Shown piece by piece: positions 46,271 through 54,606 of a stretch of 64,000 bases of DNA; position 1 is the stretch's first letter; the number at the start of each line of letters is the position of its first letter. The notes under the pieces were generated by a model. The model saw nothing but the letters and a program-made list of their open reading frames with translations. It was not told the origin of the DNA and did not search any database. Origin of the DNA: an uncultured bacterium (GTDB lineage Bacteria; Eisenbacteria; RBG-16-71-46; JAFGJU01); assembly GCA_964570935.1 (NCBI GenBank), contig CAZMZP010000077.1, positions 12,893 through 76,892 on the forward strand, in the 5' to 3' direction. The translations under genes were made by a program, and so were the position numbers.

Positions 46271-47932
46271 ATGAGGCTGGATAAGATAATGGTTGGCGAG
46301 ACCGAGGCCGGCGGTGCGGCCGGGTCCCGCGGCCTGACCTTCCTGAACGGGAACGTCATCACGGTTGAGCCAGGTTCGCCCCGAGCCCGGGCATTCGCGG
46401 TCCGGGACGGCAAGTTTCTCCGCGTCGGCACGGACGAAGAGGTGAAGGCGCTGGCGCACGAGGTGGTCCCCGCAGTCGACCTAGGGGGCGCCACCGTCCT
46501 CCCGGGGCTCACCGATTCCCACCTTCATCTGCTCGACTACGCGCAGGGGTGCCTACGCCTGGACCTTTCAGCGGTTTCAACTTCGAGCGAGCTCACGGAA
46601 CTGGTGGCGGAAAGAGCCGCGGCTGCCGCGCCGGGAGAGTGGATCCTGGGCCAGGGATGGAACGACACCCGTTGGAGGGACCGGAAGACCCCGCACAGAG
46701 ACCTACTGGACTCCGTCGCCTTTCAGAACCCCGTGCTCCTGTCGAGAGTTGACGTGCACACGGTCCTCGTGAATTCACTGGCGCTCAGAATGGCCCGCGT
46801 GACCCGGGACACACCCGACCCGCCCGGCGGCAGGGTTGAGAAGGAGTCCGGCACCGGTGAACCCACCGGAGTGCTGGTGGACGATGCGCGGGCGCTCGTG
46901 CAGAGACTCATTCCGGAGCCCTCCCGCCAGGAAAACGCACAGGCGCTCGGCGCCGCGGTGCGTGACCTCACGCTTCACGGCCTCACGGCGGCGCACGACG
47001 CGATGGCTTCGCTGGAGCTTCTAGAAACTCTGCGTGACATGGACGCCGGCGGAGAGCTGCGGCTCCGAGTGAATCTCATGCTGGCGTTCGAAGAATTCGA
47101 GAAACTGGAAGCTCTGTCTCCGGACGCAAGGCGCGACGTGCTGCGGCCCGGCCGCGTGACGGTCAGGACGGTCAAGATATTCGCCGACGGCGCGCTTGGT
47201 TCGCGAGGGGCCCTTCTGTCCGAACCCTATTCCGACGACCCGTCCACTCGAGGCGTGGAAAAGCACGGCGCCGGGGAGATCCTCGAGATGGTGAAAAGGA
47301 TACTCCGCGCCGGGCTCCAGCCCGCCGTCCACGCGATTGGAGACCTGGCCAACAGCCGCGTGCTGGACGCGTTCGAGCGGTGCGCGAGCGGCGCGGACCT
47401 CCGGGACGCGTTCCGCGCCGCCAGGCCGCGTCTGGAGCACGCGCAGATCCTGTCGCCCCGCGACGTGGCGAGGTGCGGCAAGCTGGGGCTCATCGTCTCG
47501 ATCCAGCCGTCCCATCTCATCAGCGATATGCCGTGGACAGAGGAGAGACTGGGTCCCGAAAGGGCGAAGATGGCGTTCCAGTGGGGCTCTCTCGCGCGGG
47601 CCGGCGCCAGGCTCGTGTCCGGCTCGGACCTGCCCGTCGAATCCTGTGACCCGTTCCTGGGGATGTACGCGGCGGTGACGCGGAAGAACCTTCGCGGCGA
47701 CCCTCCCGGCGGATGGCTCGCTGAGGAATGCCTCTCAAGAGAGTCGGCCCTCAGGAGCTACACCCTGGACGCCGCCTACTCCGCATTCGATGAGACCACC
47801 CACGGCTCCATCGCCGCGGGCAAGTTCGCCGACTTTGCTGTTGTAGACAGGGACGTGCTTTCGGTGCCCGAGGACGATATCCACAGGACCCGCGTGCTGG
47901 CCACTTTCGCTCAGGGCCGCAGGACGGTGTGA
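46271..47932 (+). CDS. Amidohydrolase-3 family metal-dependent hydrolase
   Basis: N-terminus ...FLNGNVITVEPGSPRARAFAVRDGKFLRVGTDEE...GLTDSHLHLL (HxH metal site). ...AVHAIGD..., ...GSDLPVE. Confidence 0.65.
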   Translation: MRLDKIMVGETEAGGAAGSRGLTFLNGNVITVEPGSPRARAFAVRDGKFLRVGTDEEVKALAHEVVPAVDLGGATVLPGLTDSHLHLLDYAQGCLRLDLSAVSTSSELTELVAERAAAAAPGEWILGQGWNDTRWRDRKTPHRDLLDSVAFQNPVLLSRVDVHTVLVNSLALRMARVTRDTPDPPGGRVEKESGTGEPTGVLVDDARALVQRLIPEPSRQENAQALGAAVRDLTLHGLTAAHDAMASLELLETLRDMDAGGELRLRVNLMLAFEEFEKLEALSPDARRDVLRPGRVTVRTVKIFADGALGSRGALLSEPYSDDPSTRGVEKHGAGEILEMVKRILRAGLQPAVHAIGDLANSRVLDAFERCASGADLRDAFRAARPRLEHAQILSPRDVARCGKLGLIVSIQPSHLISDMPWTEERLGPERAKMAFQWGSLARAGARLVSGSDLPVESCDPFLGMYAAVTRKNLRGDPPGGWLAEECLSRESALRSYTLDAAYSAFDETTHGSIAAGKFADFAVVDRDVLSVPEDDIHRTRVLATFAQGRRTV

Positions 47933-48084
47933 CGGGCTTCCGCCCGGCTTTACGCGCCGCGCATGGCCGCCCCCACCGACCCGGTGTGGTTGCGCCACCC
48001 CTCCACCGGCCCGGTGCCGTGGGACCTCCCCTCCGTCCGGCCCGAACCCGGGCCTGTTCGGACTAAACCTTCTGGCTCCCTCCG

Positions 48085-48666
48085 GTGTCCAATCAGATGA
48101 AAACGGAGTCGAGGATGCAATGTAGAGAAGAGAAGCTGCTCGACGCTTTTCTGAACGGAAACGAAACAGCGTTTGAGGAGCTGGTCCGGGAAAACAGAGA
48201 CAGACTCTATCGGGTGGCCATGAGGATACTACGCAACCACGACGACGCGCTGGACGTGGTCCAGGATTCTCTCGTGAAGGCTTACAGGCGGGCGCCGGGC
48301 TTCAGGAGACAGTCCAGTTTTTCCACGTGGCTGGTGTCGATCGTCGTGAGGGAAGCCATAAACAAGGCCAGAAGGGACCGTTTTCGCGGCGCCATCTCTC
48401 TTCACACCCTGGCCGGCGAGTTTTTCCGGTCCGATGCGCGAGCCGAGACTGCGATTCTGGCAGAGAGAATCAGGGCCGCTGTCGACTCGCTTCCTCCGGT
48501 CCAGAGAGCGGTGTTCGCGATGAAGCAGTACGAAGGTCTGAAAATATCCGAAATTGCCGAGCTGACGGGTTCGAGCGAGGGAACCGTCAAGGCCAACTAC
48601 TTCCACGCAGTGCGGAAACTGAGAGTAAAGCTCTCGCCGCTTTCGGAAAGAGGTGAACAGTCGTGA
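48085..48666 (+). CDS. ECF-type RNA polymerase sigma factor (sigma-70 regions 2 and 4)
   Basis: Region 2 ...DALDVVQDSLVKAYR.... Region 4 ...QRAVFAMKQYEGLKISEIAELTGSSEGTVKANYFHAVRKLR. Confidence 0.7.
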   Translation: MSNQMKTESRMQCREEKLLDAFLNGNETAFEELVRENRDRLYRVAMRILRNHDDALDVVQDSLVKAYRRAPGFRRQSSFSTWLVSIVVREAINKARRDRFRGAISLHTLAGEFFRSDARAETAILAERIRAAVDSLPPVQRAVFAMKQYEGLKISEIAELTGSSEGTVKANYFHAVRKLRVKLSPLSERGEQS

Positions 48667-49463
48667 AGCGTTGTCCTTCTGAAAAGCTCGTGTTCATGCT
48701 GGCAGCGGATGAGCTGACCGCTGACGAGGCGGCGCGGCTCGAAGCGCACGTGCGCGGTTGCGACAAATGTACGAAGCTGCTGACGGGCTACGAAGAGACA
48801 CTGAGCGCGCTCCGCGCAGAGCAGACGCGCCCGGAAGAAATCGGGGCGCCCTCCGAAGCAGAATGGAACCGGCTCATGGCCGGAGTCAGGCAAAGGGTGA
48901 CACCCGGCGCGTCCGTGCGGCGGCCAGTACCCGCGCGACCAGAGGCCCATGCGCGGCCGGGAGTGCCAGTGCGGCACCCGGCGCCTGTGCGACCGGGGGC
49001 GCTCTCCTGGTCCGTCTGGGCGAAGGGCGCGGCTGGAGGCGGTGTTGTCGCTGTGGCCGCCGCGGTCGTCGTGATCTTACTTTGGCAAGCGGGCCTGTTC
49101 ACAGGTCCCAAGCCTGATGTGGCTCCAGGCATCACTGAGCGGGGTCAGGCAGAACGGGGCACTCCGGAGGTACAAGGGCTCCCGGAGGTCTCCGCGCCTT
49201 TCGGCCGAGGAGCGGACGAGCAGGACATGCTGGCCGGAGACATGCTCGCAGGGGAACTGCCCACCGAGGACGGGTCGACCATCAGTCTGGCCAGCCTGGA
49301 CTCCGAGCTTCCGGAGCTGGACGAACTCGTCTCAGGAGTCGGCGGGACGCAGGACTCGGACTTCATGCTCTTCTACCTGACTGAGGAAGAGGAGACAAGA
49401 CTCATCGAGGAGCTCGAAGGTTCAACGACCACGCAGGAATCTGACAAACACCCAGGAACTTGA
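48663..49463 (+). CDS. Putative anti-sigma factor (zf-HC2 type) with a TM segment and an acidic C-terminal domain
   Basis: Overlaps the sigma gene (GTGA). HVRGCDKCTKLL is the HxxxCxxC zinc motif. TM helix AAGGGVVAVAAAVVVILLW. Confidence 0.5.
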   Translation: MKRCPSEKLVFMLAADELTADEAARLEAHVRGCDKCTKLLTGYEETLSALRAEQTRPEEIGAPSEAEWNRLMAGVRQRVTPGASVRRPVPARPEAHARPGVPVRHPAPVRPGALSWSVWAKGAAGGGVVAVAAAVVVILLWQAGLFTGPKPDVAPGITERGQAERGTPEVQGLPEVSAPFGRGADEQDMLAGDMLAGELPTEDGSTISLASLDSELPELDELVSGVGGTQDSDFMLFYLTEEEETRLIEELEGSTTTQESDKHPGT

Positions 49464-49484
49464 TTGGGCAGGGAGGTAAGAACG

Positions 49485-50285
49485 ATGGAAACACACAAAG
49501 CAGCGAACGGAAGAACAGCGGCGGTCATCGCGCTGGCGGCGGTTGTGGCGGTCGCCGGCCTGGCGGTCTCCGCTGACTCCGCTCTGGCCAGAGGCGGCCG
49601 CGGCGGATACACGCAGTTCGCCGGCTGCGCCTGGTACGGCACGACGTGGACAGGAACGGGCCCGTATTGCCCGACCGGGACAGGCCCGCTGAGACTGCAG
49701 CTTGCCGGCGCGGCTCGCGGCGCACAGGGACCGGCCGCAGTGCGAGGAGGCCGGGCCCGCGTCGGGCAGCGGCCAGTCGTGGCGGCACTCAGAGCAGAGA
49801 GAGCTCTCCGCGCCGTCGAGAACGCAAGAGTGAAGCGCCTCCTGGAGGAGCTGCGGCCAGACCAGGAACAGAGAGTCCTCATACGCGAGGCGTACGGTCG
49901 AGGCCTCGAGAGAAGACACGAGCTCCTGAGGGAACGGGCGGCGCTCCTGGACCGAATGAGAGATGAGGTCAGGCCGGCGAGGCCGGCGCGCGGTCCCCTC
50001 AGCAAGGCGTCGGAGCAGGAGATCCGTGAGATGGTCCAAGGATACAGACAGGTCGAGCGCGAGCTGGCGCAGACCGCCTGGGACACGGAAGACAGGATCT
50101 TCGAGCGCCTCTCCCCCGCTCAGAAGCTAAGGTATATAATCTTGAACGAAAGGTTTGACCTGGAGCTGAGGCAGCGCATCGGCGCGCTCAGACAGAGAGG
50201 GTCGGGGCTCGGGCCGGCGCAGATGCCGCCCGCGCAGATGCCGCCGGCGCCAGAGGGCGACCTGCCGGACGACCCGGGCAAGTGA
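49485..50285 (+). CDS. Periplasmic Spy/CpxP-like (LTXXQ-motif) stress protein
   Basis: RBS GGGAGG. Signal peptide. Coiled-coil region with LSPAQKLRY / ...RQRI-type LTXXQ-like repeats. PAQMPPAQMPPAP tail. Confidence 0.4.
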   Translation: METHKAANGRTAAVIALAAVVAVAGLAVSADSALARGGRGGYTQFAGCAWYGTTWTGTGPYCPTGTGPLRLQLAGAARGAQGPAAVRGGRARVGQRPVVAALRAERALRAVENARVKRLLEELRPDQEQRVLIREAYGRGLERRHELLRERAALLDRMRDEVRPARPARGPLSKASEQEIREMVQGYRQVERELAQTAWDTEDRIFERLSPAQKLRYIILNERFDLELRQRIGALRQRGSGLGPAQMPPAQMPPAPEGDLPDDPGK

Positions 50286-50365
50286 GGCCAAACGTGATTC
50301 GTGAGTCGGACGGGGTCCTGGAAAGCCGCACGATCCCCGTCCCAGGACCAGGAAAGGAGGAAACG

Positions 50366-51352
50366 AGAATGAAGAGGTTCTCAATCCTGACATCAGTGGT
50401 GTTGGCATCGCTCCTGTTGACCGCGGCCGGATGCAGCAAGGACAGCAGTCCGACGGGCACGTATCAGGAACCCACGCAGGAACAGCAGGAGATCCAGGCA
50501 TTCCTGGAGACTTCGGAGTACGCTCTGCCCGAGGAGTTCAATTCAGACCAGAGCTACGAAGGCCAGGGCGTTCTGGGTGAAGCGGACGAGAGCGCAGTCA
50601 GCCAGGCCCCCGCGGAAGACGCTGATGTTCTGCCGTGGGTGCGATTTGTGAGACTCGCCAGGGTAAGACCGCGGGTGGAGTACATCATCCAGGTTCCGGG
50701 CGCGAGCGGTGAGGGCACCGCCGACGTCAGAGTGATACATCACATTGCCGGAACCTTCATCGTGGACAGCACGCGCGACCAGGTCGTGAATCCGTTCTTC
50801 AGGCACTTCACTTCTCGCGCCGTCAGGAACCTGATGCTGCGGAAGACCGAGGGGGGCTGGACAGTCGAGAAGATCTCGCCTGTGGACGTGGTCTCCACCA
50901 ACGACGGCGGTACGACAATCCGCATCGCGGGCATGGGGACCAGGGGATCGAGCGGGATACATACGGAAGTGCGTCTGGCGTCCCCCGACACTCTCCTGTC
51001 CCTTGACGAGCTGCCCAGGTACGCGCCCGGCGACACGATACTGGTGGCGGCCAGAGCCGCGAGCAGCGCCGAAGACGGCTGCTGGCTCTTTCTGCATGTT
51101 CACGCCGCCTCATACGGCCCGCACGCGCACGTCTTCCATTGGAGGATACCCTTTGTCCGGGATGCTTCTGACCCTACTCTGTTCCGCGCCAGACTGCCGC
51201 TGCCCAACACGGCGAATAGTCCGAGAGTCATCCATATGGCTGTGGACGGAATCGGCTGGAACACTCTGTTCGGGGACGAGACGGCGGTCTACAACTCCAG
51301 GATGTGGGCCGTGCCGTGCGTGATAAAGGGCCCTGAGACGGCGATGAACTAG
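50366..51352 (+). CDS. Lipoprotein of unknown function
   Basis: RBS AAAGGAGGAA. Lipobox MKRFSILTSVVLASLLLTAAGCSK. Confidence 0.5.
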   Translation, partial: RMKRFSILTSVVLASLLLTAAGCSKDSSPTGTYQEPTQEQQEIQAFLETSEYALPEEFNSDQSYEGQGVLGEADESAVSQAPAEDADVLPWVRFVRLARVRPRVEYIIQVPGASGEGTADVRVIHHIAGTFIVDSTRDQVVNPFFRHFTSRAVRNLMLRKTEGGWTVEKISPVDVVSTNDGGTTIRIAGMGTRGSSGIHTEVRLASPDTLLSLDELPRYAPGDTILVAARAASSAEDGCWLFLHVHAASYGPHAHVFHWRIPFVRDASDPTLFRARLPLPNTANSPRVIHMAVDGIGWNTLFGDETAVYNSRMWAVPCVIKGPETAMN

Positions 51353-52344
51353 GCCGCGACGAACACGGCCAGCAGGTGAGGACTGCCTGCGGCAGACACA
51401 AACGGAAAACTTGAGGCCAGGGCCCGGTGGACGTCGTCCCTCGGGCCCGAGCTTGTCTCGGGCAGCGCATCGCTCAATCTGGCAGCGAGTATTCCTGGTG
51501 CGCCGGCAACGACGCTCCTGGAGTACCCCGCTTCCCCACCGGCGGCCTCGAGCGAGCGCACGGTGGCCTGCGGAATCTTGATGACCTCAGCCGCGATCAC
51601 GAGCCGTGTCATCTCCGGCAGGTCGCGTATTCCCATCAGTCTCAGCCTGTCTCTGGGCAGCTCCGCCATGTCTCGTACCGACGGGGCGTCCGGGTCCAGC
51701 AGACACACGTACTCGACTTCAAGGGCGGGCTCCAGCGTGCGCTTGACCAGTCCCGCGTAGACCTTGCCGCGGTAACGCTTGAACGACAGGTCATAGCGGA
51801 CGGACTCGCCTTCCATCTCATACTCCCAGCTGGCCACGAGCAGCACTACTCGTCCGCCTTTGTCCAAAACACGTCTGAACCCGGAGAGAGTCTCGCGGAG
51901 CTCCCCGGAGAGCAGGACTGAAGAGTCGGCCAGAACAGCGTCAAACGGACCGGTAGACGGGACGGACGCGCCGACGCCCGCCGCCAAAGGCAACTCTCCG
52001 GCCCAAGACTCCTCGCACGCCACAAGCACTCTTGGAGAACTCCTGAGCAGCGCCGAGACCGCCAGACAGTTGCATCTCCAGTAGGCGCCGCGAGAGTCTC
52101 CGGCGAGTCCCGAACTGCCGGGCCATCCTGGAGATCCAGTTACTTCCACCCCGCCGGTCGCCGGCAACCACCCCTCTCTCGCCAGCCTATCGTACCTGAG
52201 GCCGACTGGTTTCGCCGGGCTCACTTCCCTCCTGAGAACCTCCGCCTCAAGCTTCTTCAACTGGTCGAGCTCGCGTGCATCCATGCGACGTCCCTCCGGC
52301 ACTTGCCTGTCACACTTGCCCAGAACTCTCATAAAGGATACCAT
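51349..52344 (-). CDS. Hypothetical protein, weak resemblance to class I SAM-dependent methyltransferases
   Basis: Degenerate motifs RVLVACEESWAG (I), FDAVLAD (II), LDKGGRVVLLV (III). Low confidence. Confidence 0.3.
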   Translation of the reverse strand: MVSFMRVLGKCDRQVPEGRRMDARELDQLKKLEAEVLRREVSPAKPVGLRYDRLAREGWLPATGGVEVTGSPGWPGSSGLAGDSRGAYWRCNCLAVSALLRSSPRVLVACEESWAGELPLAAGVGASVPSTGPFDAVLADSSVLLSGELRETLSGFRRVLDKGGRVVLLVASWEYEMEGESVRYDLSFKRYRGKVYAGLVKRTLEPALEVEYVCLLDPDAPSVRDMAELPRDRLRLMGIRDLPEMTRLVIAAEVIKIPQATVRSLEAAGGEAGYSRSVVAGAPGILAARLSDALPETSSGPRDDVHRALASSFPFVSAAGSPHLLAVFVAA

Positions 52345-52429
52345 AGTGATTCGACTGCTTCCCGTCCGTCACGCCGTTCGTCGCGGGGGAAGCCGCGAGG
52401 TAGTCAGCTAACCAAGGCAGAGGTGGTCC

Positions 52430-53149
52430 GTGAGCCAGGTCCAGCGTTTGGCAGGATTCTCAGTGAGCGTCGTCCAGGCGGACCTGCTGAGACTGGTGGG
52501 ATACAAGACCCAGCAGGAGCCCGACGACAAGCTTCGCGCTTTGATCGCCGAGGCCGTCGAAGAAGCCGAGAAGCTTGCACGGCCGCAGGCAGTGTTCGCC
52601 ATGTTCGAAAGGAAGGACGTGCCCGAGGCCGCCCACCTCTGCACGTTCTTCGGGGCGCCGCCGGACGCCGGAGCGACGGCCGCCGGCAGCATCCGCGCCA
52701 CCGCAAGCCCGGGAGTTTCAATCCCGCCGGCGCAGGAAGTCGCTCTGTCGGTCTGCACCATCGGCACGCTCCTGGAAGACAGAGTGTCCGAGTACTCGTC
52801 CGCCGGAGAGCTGACACGCGGCCTCATCCTGGACGCGGCGGGCTCGGTCCTGGCCGAGGCGGTCTGCGACCACGCGAACGAGAAGATCTGCGCTGAGGCG
52901 GCGCGGCGCTCTCTGCACACGACCTGCCGTGTAAGCCCCGGATACGGCAGATGGAAGATAGAGGAACAGAAGGTCGTATTCGAGCTTCTGCCGACCGATT
53001 CGATCGGAGTCAGCCTCACAAAATCATTCATGATGATTCCCAGGAAGTCCGTGTCGTTCGCAGTCAGACTTACATCGGAAAGGCCGACTGGTCACCCCGG
53101 CTCGCCGTGCGCTCTATGCGGACGGGAGGACTGCGAGTTCAGGAGGTAA
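52430..53149 (+). CDS. Standalone vitamin-B12-dependent methionine synthase activation (reactivation, Met_synt_B12) domain protein
   Basis: C-terminal RVSPGYGRWKIEEQKVVFELLPTDSIGVSLTKSFMMIPRKSVSFAV aligns with the MetH reactivation-domain core RxxPGYxxxPxxxEKxxxxxLLxxxxxGxxLTESxxMxPxxSVSG. Confidence 0.6.
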   Translation: MSQVQRLAGFSVSVVQADLLRLVGYKTQQEPDDKLRALIAEAVEEAEKLARPQAVFAMFERKDVPEAAHLCTFFGAPPDAGATAAGSIRATASPGVSIPPAQEVALSVCTIGTLLEDRVSEYSSAGELTRGLILDAAGSVLAEAVCDHANEKICAEAARRSLHTTCRVSPGYGRWKIEEQKVVFELLPTDSIGVSLTKSFMMIPRKSVSFAVRLTSERPTGHPGSPCALCGREDCEFRR

Positions 53150-53152
53150 GCT

Positions 53153-54604
53153 GTGGGCACCAGACGGGTCCCGTTTGTCGAGTTTCTGTTCGAGGAAGAC
53201 GTCGCCAGGATTCTCGGAGAGGCCAAATTCCTGCTCTCCGGCATCGGCGTGTTCGTGGAGAACGCCGACGCGCTGAAGCTCCTCGAGGAGGCCGGGGTCA
53301 GACTCGACCGGGGACTCAAGCGAGTCTACATCCCCGAGGAGCTCGTAGAAAGCTGTCTGGCGAGCTGTCCCAGAAGGATCCCGGTGTTCGACAGGGAGGG
53401 CGCTTCGTCAATCGAGCTCACGGAGAACAACACCTACTTCGTGCCCGGTTCCGCGGCGCTTAAGATCTACGACCCGGAGGCGCGGACCGGCAGAACGCCA
53501 GTCATGGACGACCTCGCGAAGCTCGGCCGGCTGGTGGACTACCTGCCCAACATCACGTTCCAGAGCACCGCAATCGTGCCCGGAGACGTCCCCGAAGCGA
53601 TGGGAGACAGAATCCGTCTGTACGTGGCGCTTTCGAACTGCAGGAAGCCGGTCGTCACCGGAACGTTCGTGAAGGAGAGCTTCGCCATAATGAAGGACAT
53701 GCTCGTGGCCGTGAGAGGCAGCGAGCAAGAACTCCGGGAAAAGCCGCTCGCCATATTCGACTGCTGTCCGTCGCCGCCCCTCAAGTGGAGCGACCTGACG
53801 TGTCAGAGTCTGATCGACTGCGCGAGGTCGGGCATACCGGCCGAGCTCGTGTCCATGCCGCTTTCCGGCGCGACTTCGCCCGTCACCATCGCGGGTTCCC
53901 TCGTCCAGCACACGGCCGAGAACCTGAGCGGGATTGTGATTCACCAGCTCGCCTCGCCCGGTGCCCCGATAATCTACGGCGGCTCGCCGGCTTTCTTCGA
54001 CATGAGAAAGGGCACGACTCCGATGGGCGCCATCGAGACGATGATGATAGACTGCGCCTACTCACAGATCGGGAAGTCGCTCGGGCTGCCCACGCACGCT
54101 TACATGGGGCTCAGCGACTCCAGGGCCGTGGACTACCAGGGCGGTCTTGAGAGCGCCCTGGGAGCGTTACTCGCGGCCCTGGCCGGAGTGAACGTCGTGT
54201 CCGGTGTCGGCATGATGGAGTTCGAGAACTGCCAGAGCATGGAAAAGCTCTACCTCGACAACGACATCTGCGGAATGGCCCACAGGCTCCGGGACAGCGT
54301 GTACGTGAACGAAGAGACGCTGGCCCGGGACGTGTTCCGCGAGGCCACGCTGGACTCGAGCTTCCTCAACACGAAGCACACGCTCAAGTGGTTCAAGAGA
54401 GAAGGCTACTTCCCCAGTGCCGGCATCGACCGTTCGTCCGAGGCAAACGCTCCGGCCGTCTCGGCCCTAGAAAGGGCCACGGCGGAGGTGCAGAGAATCC
54501 TCGAGGCCCATGTGCCTGCGGCTTTGTCCGAGGACGCCAGGGCGAAGCTGGACAAGATTGTGGACGGGGACCTCGCGGCTTTCGGCAAGAAGAGATGGTG
54601 GTAG
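53153..54604 (+). CDS. Trimethylamine methyltransferase (MttB) superfamily protein, non-pyrrolysine type
   Basis: Full-length TIM-barrel MttB family hallmarks (...FDCCPSPPLKWSD..., ...MPLSGATSPVTIAGSLVQHTAENLSGIV..., ...YLDNDICGMAHRLRD...). No in-frame TAG. Confidence 0.7.
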   Translation: MGTRRVPFVEFLFEEDVARILGEAKFLLSGIGVFVENADALKLLEEAGVRLDRGLKRVYIPEELVESCLASCPRRIPVFDREGASSIELTENNTYFVPGSAALKIYDPEARTGRTPVMDDLAKLGRLVDYLPNITFQSTAIVPGDVPEAMGDRIRLYVALSNCRKPVVTGTFVKESFAIMKDMLVAVRGSEQELREKPLAIFDCCPSPPLKWSDLTCQSLIDCARSGIPAELVSMPLSGATSPVTIAGSLVQHTAENLSGIVIHQLASPGAPIIYGGSPAFFDMRKGTTPMGAIETMMIDCAYSQIGKSLGLPTHAYMGLSDSRAVDYQGGLESALGALLAALAGVNVVSGVGMMEFENCQSMEKLYLDNDICGMAHRLRDSVYVNEETLARDVFREATLDSSFLNTKHTLKWFKREGYFPSAGIDRSSEANAPAVSALERATAEVQRILEAHVPAALSEDARAKLDKIVDGDLAAFGKKRWW

Positions 54605-54606
54605 GG

